NCBI GenBank assembly: GCA_965213925.1
Contig: OZ243927.1
Span: 1,184,001-1,248,000 of the forward strand
Source of the DNA: Trueperaceae bacterium
GTDB lineage: Bacteria > Deinococcota > Deinococci > Deinococcales > Trueperaceae
Reading direction: 5' to 3'
DNA length: 64,000 bases
A model generated the notes under the pieces. The model saw only the letters and a program-made list of their open reading frames with translations, was not told the DNA's origin and did no database searches. Each line of letters begins with the position of its first letter. Position 1 is the first letter of the stretch. Below are positions 19,894-29,468 of this stretch, piece after piece. The position numbers were made by a program, and so were the translations under genes.

Positions 19894-22800
19894 ATGTACC
19901 GACGAAACCTCACGCTCACCCTAACGATAAGCCTTCTCCTCCTCCTCGTCGCCTGCGGTCGGGGCGGACCTTCTGGGGAGTACCTGACGACCTACTTCGA
20001 AGTGCCAGCAGGCACCGCCGCCTTAGACGCCACCTTGAGCTATGACCCAGCAGCCCTCGAGTACCTAGGCGCAGCCTCAACCCAAGAGCAGGTCATGGTC
20101 GAAGCGAACGCCCACGCCGAGCGCGTCAAGCTCGCTAGCATCACCCTCAGCCCCGAAGGAAAACGCCTCGCCTTCGTGACCTTCAAGGTCAAACAGGGCG
20201 GCAGCGAGCCTAGCTTACAAAGCGCCTCTGCCTACACCTCAGCAGGCACGCCTCTAGGCAGGGTCACCGTGCGCAGCGAGCGCAGCGAACAAGACCTCGC
20301 CGCAAACTACCGCACCCCTGCAAGCCTCACCTCGCAAGCGGTGTCCGCACAAGACTTAGACCTCCAAGCCTCCTTCGCCGAACGCTTACTCGGCGACGTC
20401 ATTCCCGATAACGACAGCAACCCCAGCAACGACCTCAACTCGGTGGACGCCTTAGGCGTCTTGCAGCTCGCAGCAGGTGCACTCAGCGCGCCAAGCGACC
20501 TGCAGCTCTACCTCGCCGACCTCGACACGAGCGGCACGGTCAACTCTATAGACGCGCAAATCTCCCTTCTTAAAGCAGCAGATGGCGACCTCGACGCCAC
20601 CTTGCGGGCGACGCCTGACGCCTTACAACTCGAAGTGGGCGAGACCGGGCTGATCTTAGCGGGCAACGCGGGCAACGCGCCCTTGACGCTCGCTCTGCCG
20701 CAGGTGGACGGCGTGACGATCACGCAAGTCGGAGGCATTGCGAACCAGACGGCGGCTTATGAAGTGACGCCTGGTAGTGCGGCGCAGAGTGGGCTGATTG
20801 TACTCGATGCGGGGAGTGCGGGGCGTAGAAGCGTCACGATGCTCGTCAAAGATGCACCCTCGAGCCTACCGACCATCACCCTCACCACGCCCGCTGACGG
20901 CGCGACGCTGACAGGCGACTCCGTCGACCTCTTCTGGAACATCGAGCTTTTAGAGTCCGACGACCACGTCCACGTCTACGTCGACGGCGAGAAGAAAGAG
21001 GGCTCGGTCGACCCGAAAGCGCCTTACACGCTCGACTTCGCGGATAAGAACATCGAGCCGGGTCAGCGCGTGCTCGAGGTGCGCGTGTCCGACGCACTCC
21101 ATACCGAATACACCAACCCCAAAGCGTCCGACAGCATCACGGTAACGCTCGAGGCTGCTCCTGCCACCGGCGACGTACTCTACCGCGTGAACGCAGGCGG
21201 ACCCGAACTCGCTGCAGCGGACGGCTCTGCGCCCGCCTGGAGCAAGGACAGCACCGCGGCGGTCGGCAGCACGAACGCCTCTCCCTACCTCACCGCTGGT
21301 GACGCTAAACTCTATAATGACGGTATCGGAAGCGCCTACAAGGGTGACGTCACCATGTCCTCGACTCTTCCCGCGAGCGTGCCGAGTGCTCTTTTCAGCA
21401 CCGAGCGCTACGACCCCGCATCGCCTGAAGAGATGGCGTGGGCGTTCCCGGTCGCCGTCAACCAAACCGTTGAAGTGCGCCTCTTCTTCGCCGAAATCTT
21501 CTCCGGCGTAGACGCAGCAGGTCAGCGCGTCTTCGACGTGGCGGTCGAGGGAGACGTTCCGCCAGCTTTTAACGACATCGACCCCTTCGCAACCGCGGGC
21601 GCTAAAGGTGCCTTCATGCGCTCACACACGCTCACAGTGACGGACGGAACGTTGAATATCGACTTCTTGCACGACGTTATCGAAAACCCTGCGATTAAAG
21701 GCATCGAGATCGTCACAAGTGACGGCAGCGCGAGCAACGTACCGCCGCAAGTCCAGACCATCCCCAATCAGACGAGCGTCGAAGGCGACGGCACCGAGGA
21801 CTACCTCTTGAGCATCTCCGCGAACGACGCCGACAACGGTCCAAGCAACTTGACGTATAGCGCGACGGGACTGCCGTCCGGCGTTCAGGTCGAGCCGACG
21901 AACGGACAGATTTTCGGAACGATCGCCGCAGGCGCAGCCGCGAACAGCCCCTACACCGTGACGGTCACGGTCAGTGACGGCGCGAACATCGACCAGACGT
22001 CGTTCACTTGGGCGGTCTCCGAAACCGCGAGCGGTAACCCCGCCGCGCTCATCAAAGTCAACGCGAACGCCGGTCTCTTCGCGAGTACTTACGGCGACAA
22101 CTCGTTTCAGATCAGTAATACGGGCGACAGCAACATTGAACGCATTACCATCAACGCGAGCACCTCGTTCCTACCCGACGTTGTCTTCGACCCGGTCGGC
22201 AAAGCGGGCGACAATGGCGCGAAGTGCTTGACGACAGGTTCGGCTGGCAACACGGCCGCTCAAGTCGGGCTCATCTACCCGGCGAATGGTGGCAGCGACG
22301 CCGCGGACTGCGTGGACCCCTTCTCCGAGCCTCATAACGGTGCGAACGACGAAGAAGGTTACGACAAGCTCGACCTCGTCTTCACGGCGGGCGACGGCTT
22401 TAACCCAGGCGAGTCCTTCGCCTTCGGCGTGGACATGGACCCCACCAGCATTAAGGGTGACGGGAGCACGGGCGATGCGGGCTCGATCTCCGGCTTCGAG
22501 TTGATCGGCGCAACCGTCACCGTCGAATTTGCGAACGGCACCGTGACCTCGAGCCTCTGGGAAGAAGGCAGCTCAGGCGGCTCCCAAGTGGTCGTCGCAC
22601 CTGGCGCACCTAGCAGCCTAGTCATAAGCGCGGCGAACGTCAGCGGTAGCCAAGCAGAGGTTAGTGGCGCGGCGCAGACCATCACCCTGAGTGGACCTGC
22701 AAATGCAACGGTCACGCTCCTACGCGCGGACGCTCGCCTCTACATCGACGCGGGCGGGGGCGGCTACGACATTGACCCCTTCGAAGCTAACGAAGTGCTC

Positions 22801-23640
22801 GCTAAGCAGCTCTACACCACAACGCTAAACGGCAGCGGTAACGGCAGCGTCAACGTCACGCTGACACAGACCTCGAGCCCCAACGCCGGACCAGACGCCG
22901 GGCTCAACCACTTTATCGCCGTCGCCAAAGGCAGCGGCGCGCAGACCAGTCTCACCTCGAACGTCATCGTGTTGGACTACAGACCGGAAACGGGCGGCAC
23001 AGAGGGCGACGACGCCTCGGGCGCGTTCGTTGAAGAGAACGGTTTAGTGGTTATCGAGATGGAGTCGGGCAACTTCCCTAGCGGCTGGGCGTCCGAAACG
23101 GTGTTCTCAAACTTCACGGGCAGCAGCTACTTGCGCTATGACGGCAACAACCACTTCAACAACCCTGGCGTTGACGTGATCACGTACAAGGTCAACATCA
23201 CTAAAACTGGAACGTACCGCTTCCAGTGGCGCAGCGCCTTCGGCGCAGGCAACAACGGCACAGAGCATAACGACTCGTGGCTCAAGATCGAGTCGGACAG
23301 CTTCTACGGCAAGCAAGGTTCTGGCATCGTCTGCCCCAAAGGGTATAACTCTAGCGAGAATAGCTGCGTCGGCTCAGCGCCAGAGGGCGGCGGCGGCGGC
23401 GGCTGGTTCAAGGTCTACCGCAGCGGCGGCAGCGTGGGGTCGTGGTCGTGGACAGCCAACACGAGCGACAACGACGCCCACCAGATTTACGCCGACTTTA
23501 GCGCTCCCGGCACCTACACCATCTCGGTGAGCGGACGCTCGGCGGAGCACGCGGTCGACCGCATGGTGCTCTACCACAGCTCAGTGAACGGCGGCGCGGC
23601 GACCAGCCTGAGCAACCCCGAGTCACCTCGCGAACAGTAA
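19894..23640 (+). CDS. Modular lipoprotein paralog: same cohesin/dockerin-like N-terminus, Ig, malectin, He_PIG-like Ig, unknown domain, C-terminal beta-sandwich
   Basis: Lipobox LVAC; YRVNAGG...LFFAEIF...QRVFDV; YSATGLPSG Ig repeat; GAFVEENGLVVIEMES domain. Confidence 0.85.
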   Translation: MYRRNLTLTLTISLLLLLVACGRGGPSGEYLTTYFEVPAGTAALDATLSYDPAALEYLGAASTQEQVMVEANAHAERVKLASITLSPEGKRLAFVTFKVKQGGSEPSLQSASAYTSAGTPLGRVTVRSERSEQDLAANYRTPASLTSQAVSAQDLDLQASFAERLLGDVIPDNDSNPSNDLNSVDALGVLQLAAGALSAPSDLQLYLADLDTSGTVNSIDAQISLLKAADGDLDATLRATPDALQLEVGETGLILAGNAGNAPLTLALPQVDGVTITQVGGIANQTAAYEVTPGSAAQSGLIVLDAGSAGRRSVTMLVKDAPSSLPTITLTTPADGATLTGDSVDLFWNIELLESDDHVHVYVDGEKKEGSVDPKAPYTLDFADKNIEPGQRVLEVRVSDALHTEYTNPKASDSITVTLEAAPATGDVLYRVNAGGPELAAADGSAPAWSKDSTAAVGSTNASPYLTAGDAKLYNDGIGSAYKGDVTMSSTLPASVPSALFSTERYDPASPEEMAWAFPVAVNQTVEVRLFFAEIFSGVDAAGQRVFDVAVEGDVPPAFNDIDPFATAGAKGAFMRSHTLTVTDGTLNIDFLHDVIENPAIKGIEIVTSDGSASNVPPQVQTIPNQTSVEGDGTEDYLLSISANDADNGPSNLTYSATGLPSGVQVEPTNGQIFGTIAAGAAANSPYTVTVTVSDGANIDQTSFTWAVSETASGNPAALIKVNANAGLFASTYGDNSFQISNTGDSNIERITINASTSFLPDVVFDPVGKAGDNGAKCLTTGSAGNTAAQVGLIYPANGGSDAADCVDPFSEPHNGANDEEGYDKLDLVFTAGDGFNPGESFAFGVDMDPTSIKGDGSTGDAGSISGFELIGATVTVEFANGTVTSSLWEEGSSGGSQVVVAPGAPSSLVISAANVSGSQAEVSGAAQTITLSGPANATVTLLRADARLYIDAGGGGYDIDPFEANEVLAKQLYTTTLNGSGNGSVNVTLTQTSSPNAGPDAGLNHFIAVAKGSGAQTSLTSNVIVLDYRPETGGTEGDDASGAFVEENGLVVIEMESGNFPSGWASETVFSNFTGSSYLRYDGNNHFNNPGVDVITYKVNITKTGTYRFQWRSAFGAGNNGTEHNDSWLKIESDSFYGKQGSGIVCPKGYNSSENSCVGSAPEGGGGGGWFKVYRSGGSVGSWSWTANTSDNDAHQIYADFSAPGTYTISVSGRSAEHAVDRMVLYHSSVNGGAATSLSNPESPREQ
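19931..20835 (+). repeat. 905-bp direct repeat, copy 2
   Basis: Near-identical to 14049-14953. Confidence 0.95.
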
Positions 23641-23660
23641 AACGACGCCTTCACACTTTG

Positions 23661-23696
23661 ACCTCTCTCCTCGAGTCAGGAGAGAGGTTCTCTTTT
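23661..23696 (+). terminator. Probable intrinsic terminator closing the lipoprotein cluster
   Basis: ACCTCTCTCCT-cgagtc-AGGAGAGAGGT followed by TCTCTTTT. Confidence 0.7.
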
Positions 23697-23778
23697 GGCT
23701 GGCTACCCTGCCTCCGCGCCTCACCTTCCACGTAAACTCACGCCCCACGCTAAGGCCTCTTGCGTGATAGCGTTTGGT

Positions 23779-24048
23779 ATGAAGAATCATGTTTTCGTCT
23801 GCTTCGGCAAGAGCTGCGTTAAGCGCGGCGCGAGAGAGGTCGCGGAGACCTTGCGCGACGAGTTTGGGCGCGAGGGCGTTCAGACCGACGTGCACCGCCA
23901 CACCTGTTTCGACCTCTGCAAAAGGTCTTGCAACGTGATGCTCGAGGTTGGCGACGAGAGGCGCATCTATACGAACATTCACCCTAAAACTGCCTACAAG
24001 ACGGCGGGGCAGATGATCGAAGGGCTCGAGCCAGAAGTTGCTGCTTAG
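23779..24048 (+). CDS. Thioredoxin-like (2Fe-2S) ferredoxin
   Basis: HVFVCxxxxC...CFDLC...NV pattern; start taken at ATG 23779. Confidence 0.8.
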   Translation: MKNHVFVCFGKSCVKRGAREVAETLRDEFGREGVQTDVHRHTCFDLCKRSCNVMLEVGDERRIYTNIHPKTAYKTAGQMIEGLEPEVAA

Positions 24049-25157
24049 CGCTCCGTTTTGCGGATGAGGCTCTCCGCCTCGAGCTTCTCTACATGCGGTC
24101 TCAAGTCGCTCGGCTCTACGCTGAGCGAGCGGGCGACGTCCGCCACCGTGGAGCGGCGGGCGAGTTGCGTCAGCGTCTGCCGTCCGGTGCGTCCGAAGTC
24201 GCGCTCGAAGCGCATGGCGAGTTCGGTCATGGGGTTGAGGGCGTCGCGCCCGCGCAGCGTGAGGTAGTAGCGCTGCTCCTCCCAGCCCGGCGGCTCGCTC
24301 GGCAGATGCAAGCCGGGCGTGCTGTAGGCGGGCGTGTAGAAGCCTAAGTCGTCTCTCAAGACTTCGGCGGTGTGCGCGATGAAGAGGATAGGGAGGCCGG
24401 CGCTGTAGTAGGTGTAGCCCACCGAGGACACCTCGACGCCGTTGCGCTGCTCGCCGCCCTCGCGCTGCTCAGTTTGCGACATTCCAAGGAGGCTGGCGCA
24501 GATTAGCGGAGGGAGGGCGCGCAGCTCGAGCCAAGCCTCACCCCTACCCTCCCGAGGCTGCGCGAACCTCTGGTCAGAAAGCTGCAGCGTCGCCCTGAGC
24601 GCACCGCTACCCCAAGAGGTAGCCGTCTCCGTCCTCTTCCCTTCAGCATCTCTATAAGCTTCATGAAACGCCGCGCCGATGCGCCCGCTGAAGAAGAGCA
24701 TGACGCCCTCTTGACGTTCTTGCTCCCGAGTCTTGACCGCGAGTGTGCCGGTGAAACGCTCCTGGGCGAGCCGCGCGACGAGGGCTCTGAGATCCGTGTC
24801 GTGAAGGCTCAGCCGTTGGCTGCCGAGCGCGGGCAGCGCGCGGAGCACGGCGGCGCTGCTGCGGGGAAAATGGCTGCCGAACTGTGGAAGCGTGTCCGCA
24901 CCGGCGCGGTGGGCGTAGAAGGTGAACGAGAGGTCTGAGGCGCTCAGCTCGAGCGCCTCGCCGAGCGCAAAGTCGCGGTGCTGCCCGCCCTTCCAAAGCC
25001 CTAGCCAGTAGCGCGTGTCGTGGGGGCTGTCTGAGGCGGGGATGGGTTGCTCGAGCAGCAAAGTTCCCGACGCCCGCATTATTTCCAACGCCTGCAGCGC
25101 TCCGTAGCCCGACTGATTCCCGAGCGAGCCGCGCACAGGCTGATTCGACTTCACCAC
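24045..25157 (-). CDS. Hypothetical protein with C-terminal winged-helix-like segment
   Basis: Central FTGTL...GVMLFFSGRI (DUF4388-like) segment; C-terminal TVADVARSL...VEKLEAESLI; start uncertain. Confidence 0.6.
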   Translation of the reverse strand: MVKSNQPVRGSLGNQSGYGALQALEIMRASGTLLLEQPIPASDSPHDTRYWLGLWKGGQHRDFALGEALELSASDLSFTFYAHRAGADTLPQFGSHFPRSSAAVLRALPALGSQRLSLHDTDLRALVARLAQERFTGTLAVKTREQERQEGVMLFFSGRIGAAFHEAYRDAEGKRTETATSWGSGALRATLQLSDQRFAQPREGRGEAWLELRALPPLICASLLGMSQTEQREGGEQRNGVEVSSVGYTYYSAGLPILFIAHTAEVLRDDLGFYTPAYSTPGLHLPSEPPGWEEQRYYLTLRGRDALNPMTELAMRFERDFGRTGRQTLTQLARRSTVADVARSLSVEPSDLRPHVEKLEAESLIRKTER

Positions 25158-25196
25158 CTCTTGCTCACCTTATTCCCGTACTGTCTATTTCGCTAG

Positions 25197-25333
25197 AGAG
25201 TCCCTCAACTAAGAACATTGTTATCAAAATACTAACCCATGTCATTTTGAATGAAACGAGGTGGAATGAAGAATCTTGTCCCCTCGACAGGCTCGGGGTG
25301 ACAACAGTGTTGCAGAATTTAGTTGACAGTGTA
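25197..25333. mobile_element. MITE-like family A copy (short, left end degenerate)
   Basis: TGTCATTTTGAA...GAATCT...GGGGTGACA core; right end TTGACAGTGTA followed by CTAAG. Confidence 0.7.
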
Positions 25334-25750
25334 CTAAGCCTCCCCTTGCAAAAACGCCTCTAACATCTTTTTGTCTTCCTCGAAGCTGAGTTGCGCGAGC
25401 GCCCGCTTCGGCGCGAAGAAGTCACCTTCTTGAAAGAGTGCCTCGCGCAGGGTGGGCTTGGGTGCGTCCGTACGTAGCGCGAAATAGGTGATCTCTCTGA
25501 GTTCGCCCCGGTTGTTGTGGTAGCGCGTCGTGTAGGTTCTGCTCTCGTCGGGGCACGTCGCGACGACGCCCCCTTCCTCTTCGACCTCGCGCAGCGCCGC
25601 CTCTAAGGGGGTCTCGCCGGGCTCTATGTGCCCTTTCGGAAAGACCCAACTGCCGCTTTTGTGTTTGAGCAAAAGCACGTCGCCCTGCGCGTTGCGCACT
25701 ACGCCGCCCGCCCCTGGCATCGCTGATTCCGAGGATTGTTCTGACACCAC
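25334..25750 (-). CDS. NUDIX hydrolase (Ap4A hydrolase-like)
   Basis: WVFPKGHIEPGETPLEAALREVEEEGG Nudix box. Confidence 0.92.
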   Translation of the reverse strand: MVSEQSSESAMPGAGGVVRNAQGDVLLLKHKSGSWVFPKGHIEPGETPLEAALREVEEEGGVVATCPDESRTYTTRYHNNRGELREITYFALRTDAPKPTLREALFQEGDFFAPKRALAQLSFEEDKKMLEAFLQGEA

Positions 25751-25758
25751 TTGCCCCC

Positions 25759-27435
25759 TTACGGTTGCTGCGCGAAAACGCCGCCCTGCTCAAAAAAGGT
25801 GATGATGCCGTCCGCGATGGCGACGGCGAGCGTGGTCTGATAGGCGTCGGTGGCGAGCTTGGGACCCTCTTCGGGGTTCGAGACGAAGCCCGTCTCTACC
25901 AAAATCGCGGGCGTGCGGGCGTTCCTGATGACGTAGAAGATGTTCTTCTGCACGCCTCTGTCGGTTGCGCCCGTCGCGCTGACCATACGGTCTTGCACCA
26001 TATTGGCGAGCGTCCAGCTGTAGTTGAGCTGCTCCTCGCGGAACACTTCGCCCTCGATGCCCGCGACGACTTGCGCCTCTTCAGTCAGCGCCGCGCCGAC
26101 TGCGCCGCCGCCGTTCTCTTCAACGGCGCGGCTCACAAGCGTGTCGTTGAGCGGCTGACCGAAGACCCACGTTTCTACACCTTGTGCGTTTGCGTCTTCG
26201 GCAGCGTTGGCGTGGATGGATAGGAAGAGGTTGTGCTTGTCCGAGGTGGCGAGGTCCGCCCGCGCCGCCAAATCCGCCCGCTTTTCGCGTTGAAGGGCGT
26301 AATCGTCATCCCTAGTCAAAATCACCTCGATACCGTTCGCCTCTAAGATATCGCGCACCTTGAGCGAAATCGCCAAGACGACCTCTTCCTCACTCGCGTA
26401 GCCCTGCGCGCCGGGGTCTCTGCCGCCGTGTCCGGGGTCGATGACCACCGTATGCGTAATACCTTCGGGCGTGCGTACCTCTTGTGATCCAGCGGGAGCC
26501 GCTCTCAACGTCTCGGCGGGTTGTCCTTGCAACCCTGGACCGAAGTCCACGTAGAGCACCTCACGCTGCCGTTCGCTCGTCGTGGGCAAAAGCCCGACCT
26601 CATAGCCTTGTCCCTCCGGGCTCAGCGGATGGTTTGTCTGGACGACGAGCGCCAAGTTACCGTCCACGGAGGTGTAGCCGAGGCCCTTGAGGTGCGCCCC
26701 CTCCTCCTCCCGGTTAAACGCCTCGCCGCGCAACCCCGGAAAGGCAATGACCATATTCGATTCGTTGACTAAAACTGTGTAGGACGCCCCTTCGGGCAAG
26801 TCGAGCGCGACGCGCGTCTTCTCGGCGTGAACGCCTACGCGCGGTTTTTCCAGCGTGACCTCTTGGGTGGGTTCCGGTTGAGCGGCTTCGGGAGAGGTCT
26901 CCGCGATGTTCTCGGTCGTATCTTGCACTGTATCCAGTTCACCAGAGTCTGGCTCATTAGAGGGTGTATTGACTTCGCTAGCGGTGAACTCGAGGGGAAT
27001 AAGCCGCGCTTCGCTATCCCAGCCCGCCGTGCCCCCTAACGCCCTCATCAATGGGTTGATGGCGACGTAGCCCTGTCCACCCGCAAGAATAATCTGCGGG
27101 CTCTCAAACGTTTCGCCGTCTACGCTTACCGTCCCTGAGCGCTCGTTCAAACCGCGCTGAACGTCATCGGTGGCGGCGAAGGTGACGGCTCTGCCGCCCT
27201 GACTGAAATAGAACGCGCCCGTGTTCGGATTGTAACTGTAGCCCACGCCTAGCACGTCAGCGAGCAAGTCAACGCGGGCGAAGGCGTCGGTGCTGTTGCC
27301 CTCCGCGATGAAATAATAAGGTCCGACCTCATCCAAGAGGAGTTCGCCCTCATAGCCCAGGTAGTTGTGCTGCTCTTGCGCAAAGGCAGAGCTGAACATA
27401 AGGATAAAAGAGAAGATGACAGCAAGATATTTCAC
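25759..27435 (-). CDS. N-acetylmuramoyl-L-alanine amidase (Amidase_3) with N-terminal accessory domains
   Basis: Signal peptide; IDPGHGG.DPGA, SIHANA, LVETGFVSN. Confidence 0.92.
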   Translation of the reverse strand: MKYLAVIFSFILMFSSAFAQEQHNYLGYEGELLLDEVGPYYFIAEGNSTDAFARVDLLADVLGVGYSYNPNTGAFYFSQGGRAVTFAATDDVQRGLNERSGTVSVDGETFESPQIILAGGQGYVAINPLMRALGGTAGWDSEARLIPLEFTASEVNTPSNEPDSGELDTVQDTTENIAETSPEAAQPEPTQEVTLEKPRVGVHAEKTRVALDLPEGASYTVLVNESNMVIAFPGLRGEAFNREEEGAHLKGLGYTSVDGNLALVVQTNHPLSPEGQGYEVGLLPTTSERQREVLYVDFGPGLQGQPAETLRAAPAGSQEVRTPEGITHTVVIDPGHGGRDPGAQGYASEEEVVLAISLKVRDILEANGIEVILTRDDDYALQREKRADLAARADLATSDKHNLFLSIHANAAEDANAQGVETWVFGQPLNDTLVSRAVEENGGGAVGAALTEEAQVVAGIEGEVFREEQLNYSWTLANMVQDRMVSATGATDRGVQKNIFYVIRNARTPAILVETGFVSNPEEGPKLATDAYQTTLAVAIADGIITFFEQGGVFAQQP

Positions 27436-27651
27436 TCTGTAAGCGAGTCTAACACGCTTTGTGAAAGAGATTGCTGAGAAATTTGTAACATTTGAGGGTG
27501 CGGCAGGAGTGAGCCTAGCGGGATGGCCAATAGATAGAAGTAAGAATTGAGCATTTCATTTCTCACGTCTCACTTCCTACTTCTCATGTACACCGCCCCG
27601 CTCAACCTCTCCCCATAGACGTTCCCGCCGTCCTCCTGCTAGGCTACACGG

Positions 27652-28962
27652 ATGACGACGCTGCTCCGCGCCCAGCTCTTCCACACGCCTAAAAACCCCT
27701 TCACCGAAGCGGACGCCTTAGAGGTTTATGGAGATGGCGCGGTGGCGTTTGTAGGGGGGCGTATTCGCGACGTAGGGGCATTTGGCGACCTTCGTGCTCA
27801 ATATTCCGAAGCCGATGTCGTAGATAGACGAGACTGCGTGCTCCTACCTGGTTTGGTGGATACCCACGTACATTATCCGCAGGTGCGGATTATCGGCGCT
27901 ATGGGGCTCAAGTTGCTGGACTGGCTGAGCGAGCGCACGTTACCCGAAGAGGCGCGGCTGGCGGATATGGGTTATGCAAAAGAGGTGGCAGGGTCCTTTG
28001 TCCGTTCCCTCTTACATAACGGTACCACCACCGCCCTCGTCTTCGGCTCGCACTTCGCCAACGCGCAAGAGATCTTGTTCGAGGAGGCGGAGCGTACGGG
28101 GCTGAGGATGACGAGCGGGCTCGTGTTATCGGATAGGAATTTGCTGGGTGAACTCGAGTCCACCCCCACAAGGTGCTACGAGGAGAGCACCGCGCTGCTG
28201 GGGAGGTGGCACGGACGCGGACGGCTGCGCTACGCCGTCACGCCGCGCTTCTCGGTATCGTGCAGTGAGGACATCTTGGAGGTGTGCGGCGCACTCTTGC
28301 GCGAACACCAGGGGCTCTTCTTTCAGACGCACCTCAACGAGAGCGAAGAGGAGATTCGCGTCGTCCGTGAGCTTTTTCCGTGGGCAGAGGATTATTTGGA
28401 AACCTACGAACGCTTTAGTTTGGTCGGTCAAAATTCGGTCTTCGCGCACGACGTTCACGTGACGGAGGGTGAGCTTTCGAGGCTTACCGAAGCGGACGCA
28501 GGGGTAGCGCACTGTCCCTCCTCCAACGCCTTTATCGGGAGCGGGCTGTTCGACATGGTGCGGCACGTCGCGCACGGCGTCCCCTTCGCGCTCGGCACGG
28601 ACGTCGGCGGCGGCACGGGGTTTAGTCTCTTAAAAGAGGGGTTGATGGCGTACCAGACACAGATGCTGCGCAGTGTCGATGAGAAGGGCTATCCGCTCAG
28701 CCCGGCGCATCTGCTCTACCTAGCGACACAAGCCGGGGCGAACGTGCTCAACTTAGGTGATGAGGTCGGCAGTCTGGCAGTGGGTAAGAGCGCGGATTTC
28801 GTCCTCTTGCGTCCGCCCGAAAAGAGCAGTCTAGCCGAAGTGTTAGCGCACAGCCCCTCGGCGGAGGCGAGTTTGGGCACTTTGTTTACATTGGCAAGAG
28901 AAGACTGTGTGCAAGAGGTCTACTTAGCCGGTGAGCCAAAGCTGACCGGACGTTACGAGTGA
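27652..28962 (+). CDS. guaD: Guanine deaminase
   Basis: PGLVDTHVHYPQ, YAVTPRF, QTHLNE, HCPSSN, GTDVGGG. Confidence 0.93.
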   Translation: MTTLLRAQLFHTPKNPFTEADALEVYGDGAVAFVGGRIRDVGAFGDLRAQYSEADVVDRRDCVLLPGLVDTHVHYPQVRIIGAMGLKLLDWLSERTLPEEARLADMGYAKEVAGSFVRSLLHNGTTTALVFGSHFANAQEILFEEAERTGLRMTSGLVLSDRNLLGELESTPTRCYEESTALLGRWHGRGRLRYAVTPRFSVSCSEDILEVCGALLREHQGLFFQTHLNESEEEIRVVRELFPWAEDYLETYERFSLVGQNSVFAHDVHVTEGELSRLTEADAGVAHCPSSNAFIGSGLFDMVRHVAHGVPFALGTDVGGGTGFSLLKEGLMAYQTQMLRSVDEKGYPLSPAHLLYLATQAGANVLNLGDEVGSLAVGKSADFVLLRPPEKSSLAEVLAHSPSAEASLGTLFTLAREDCVQEVYLAGEPKLTGRYE

Positions 28963-29468
28963 GTCTTCGTCGGTCTCTTCCGGTTCGGCGCACTGCGAGG
29001 GTAGCTCGCCACCTTCTCTTTCTCGGTCTCTACACGCTCGGTGTCCTCGTCCACCTCTTCCGCCTGCACCTTTGTGACCGGCGCGTCGTCTGAACCGTCG
29101 TCTATCACAACGTTCTGAACGGGTTCGCGGCGGGCGGAGAAGGAGTCCTCCAACTGAAGCTGCTTGCGCTGCTCCAGCTGCTTGCGAAACTTCTCGTCGC
29201 CCACGAGTTGATACGCGCCGCCCTCCAGGTGATCGTAGACCGCTTTATAGCTCTGCGTGAGGTTGTCCACCAGCTCCGCTGTCCGCAGGAAGTGCTCGCT
29301 CACGTCCTCGCGGTACACCTCTAGCTCTTCGGTCTTGGCGTCGAGTTCTTCTTGCAGTTTTTTAAGCCTGCGCGAGTTGCGGTAGCGCAGCGTGAAGAAG
29401 GCGAAGCCTAGAATGCTGCCCACCACGAAGACCACCACGACGAAAAGCCAAAAATTCTCGATATACAT
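28953..29468 (-). CDS. YhcB/ZapG (DUF1043)-like membrane-anchored coiled-coil protein
   Basis: GGAGG RBS then ATG 29468; N-terminal TM; YREDVSEHF..TAELVDNLTQSYKAVYDHL..GA. Confidence 0.75.
   Translation of the reverse strand: MYIENFWLFVVVVFVVGSILGFAFFTLRYRNSRRLKKLQEELDAKTEELEVYREDVSEHFLRTAELVDNLTQSYKAVYDHLEGGAYQLVGDEKFRKQLEQRKQLQLEDSFSARREPVQNVVIDDGSDDAPVTKVQAEEVDEDTERVETEKEKVASYPRSAPNRKRPTKTHS

Noticed and set aside
14049..20835. Diversity-generating retroelement TR/VR pair (given the Avd-like gene at 39.9 kb)
   Set aside because: Both copies are coding, the differences are not adenine-specific, the repeat is too long, and there is no reverse transcriptase in the window
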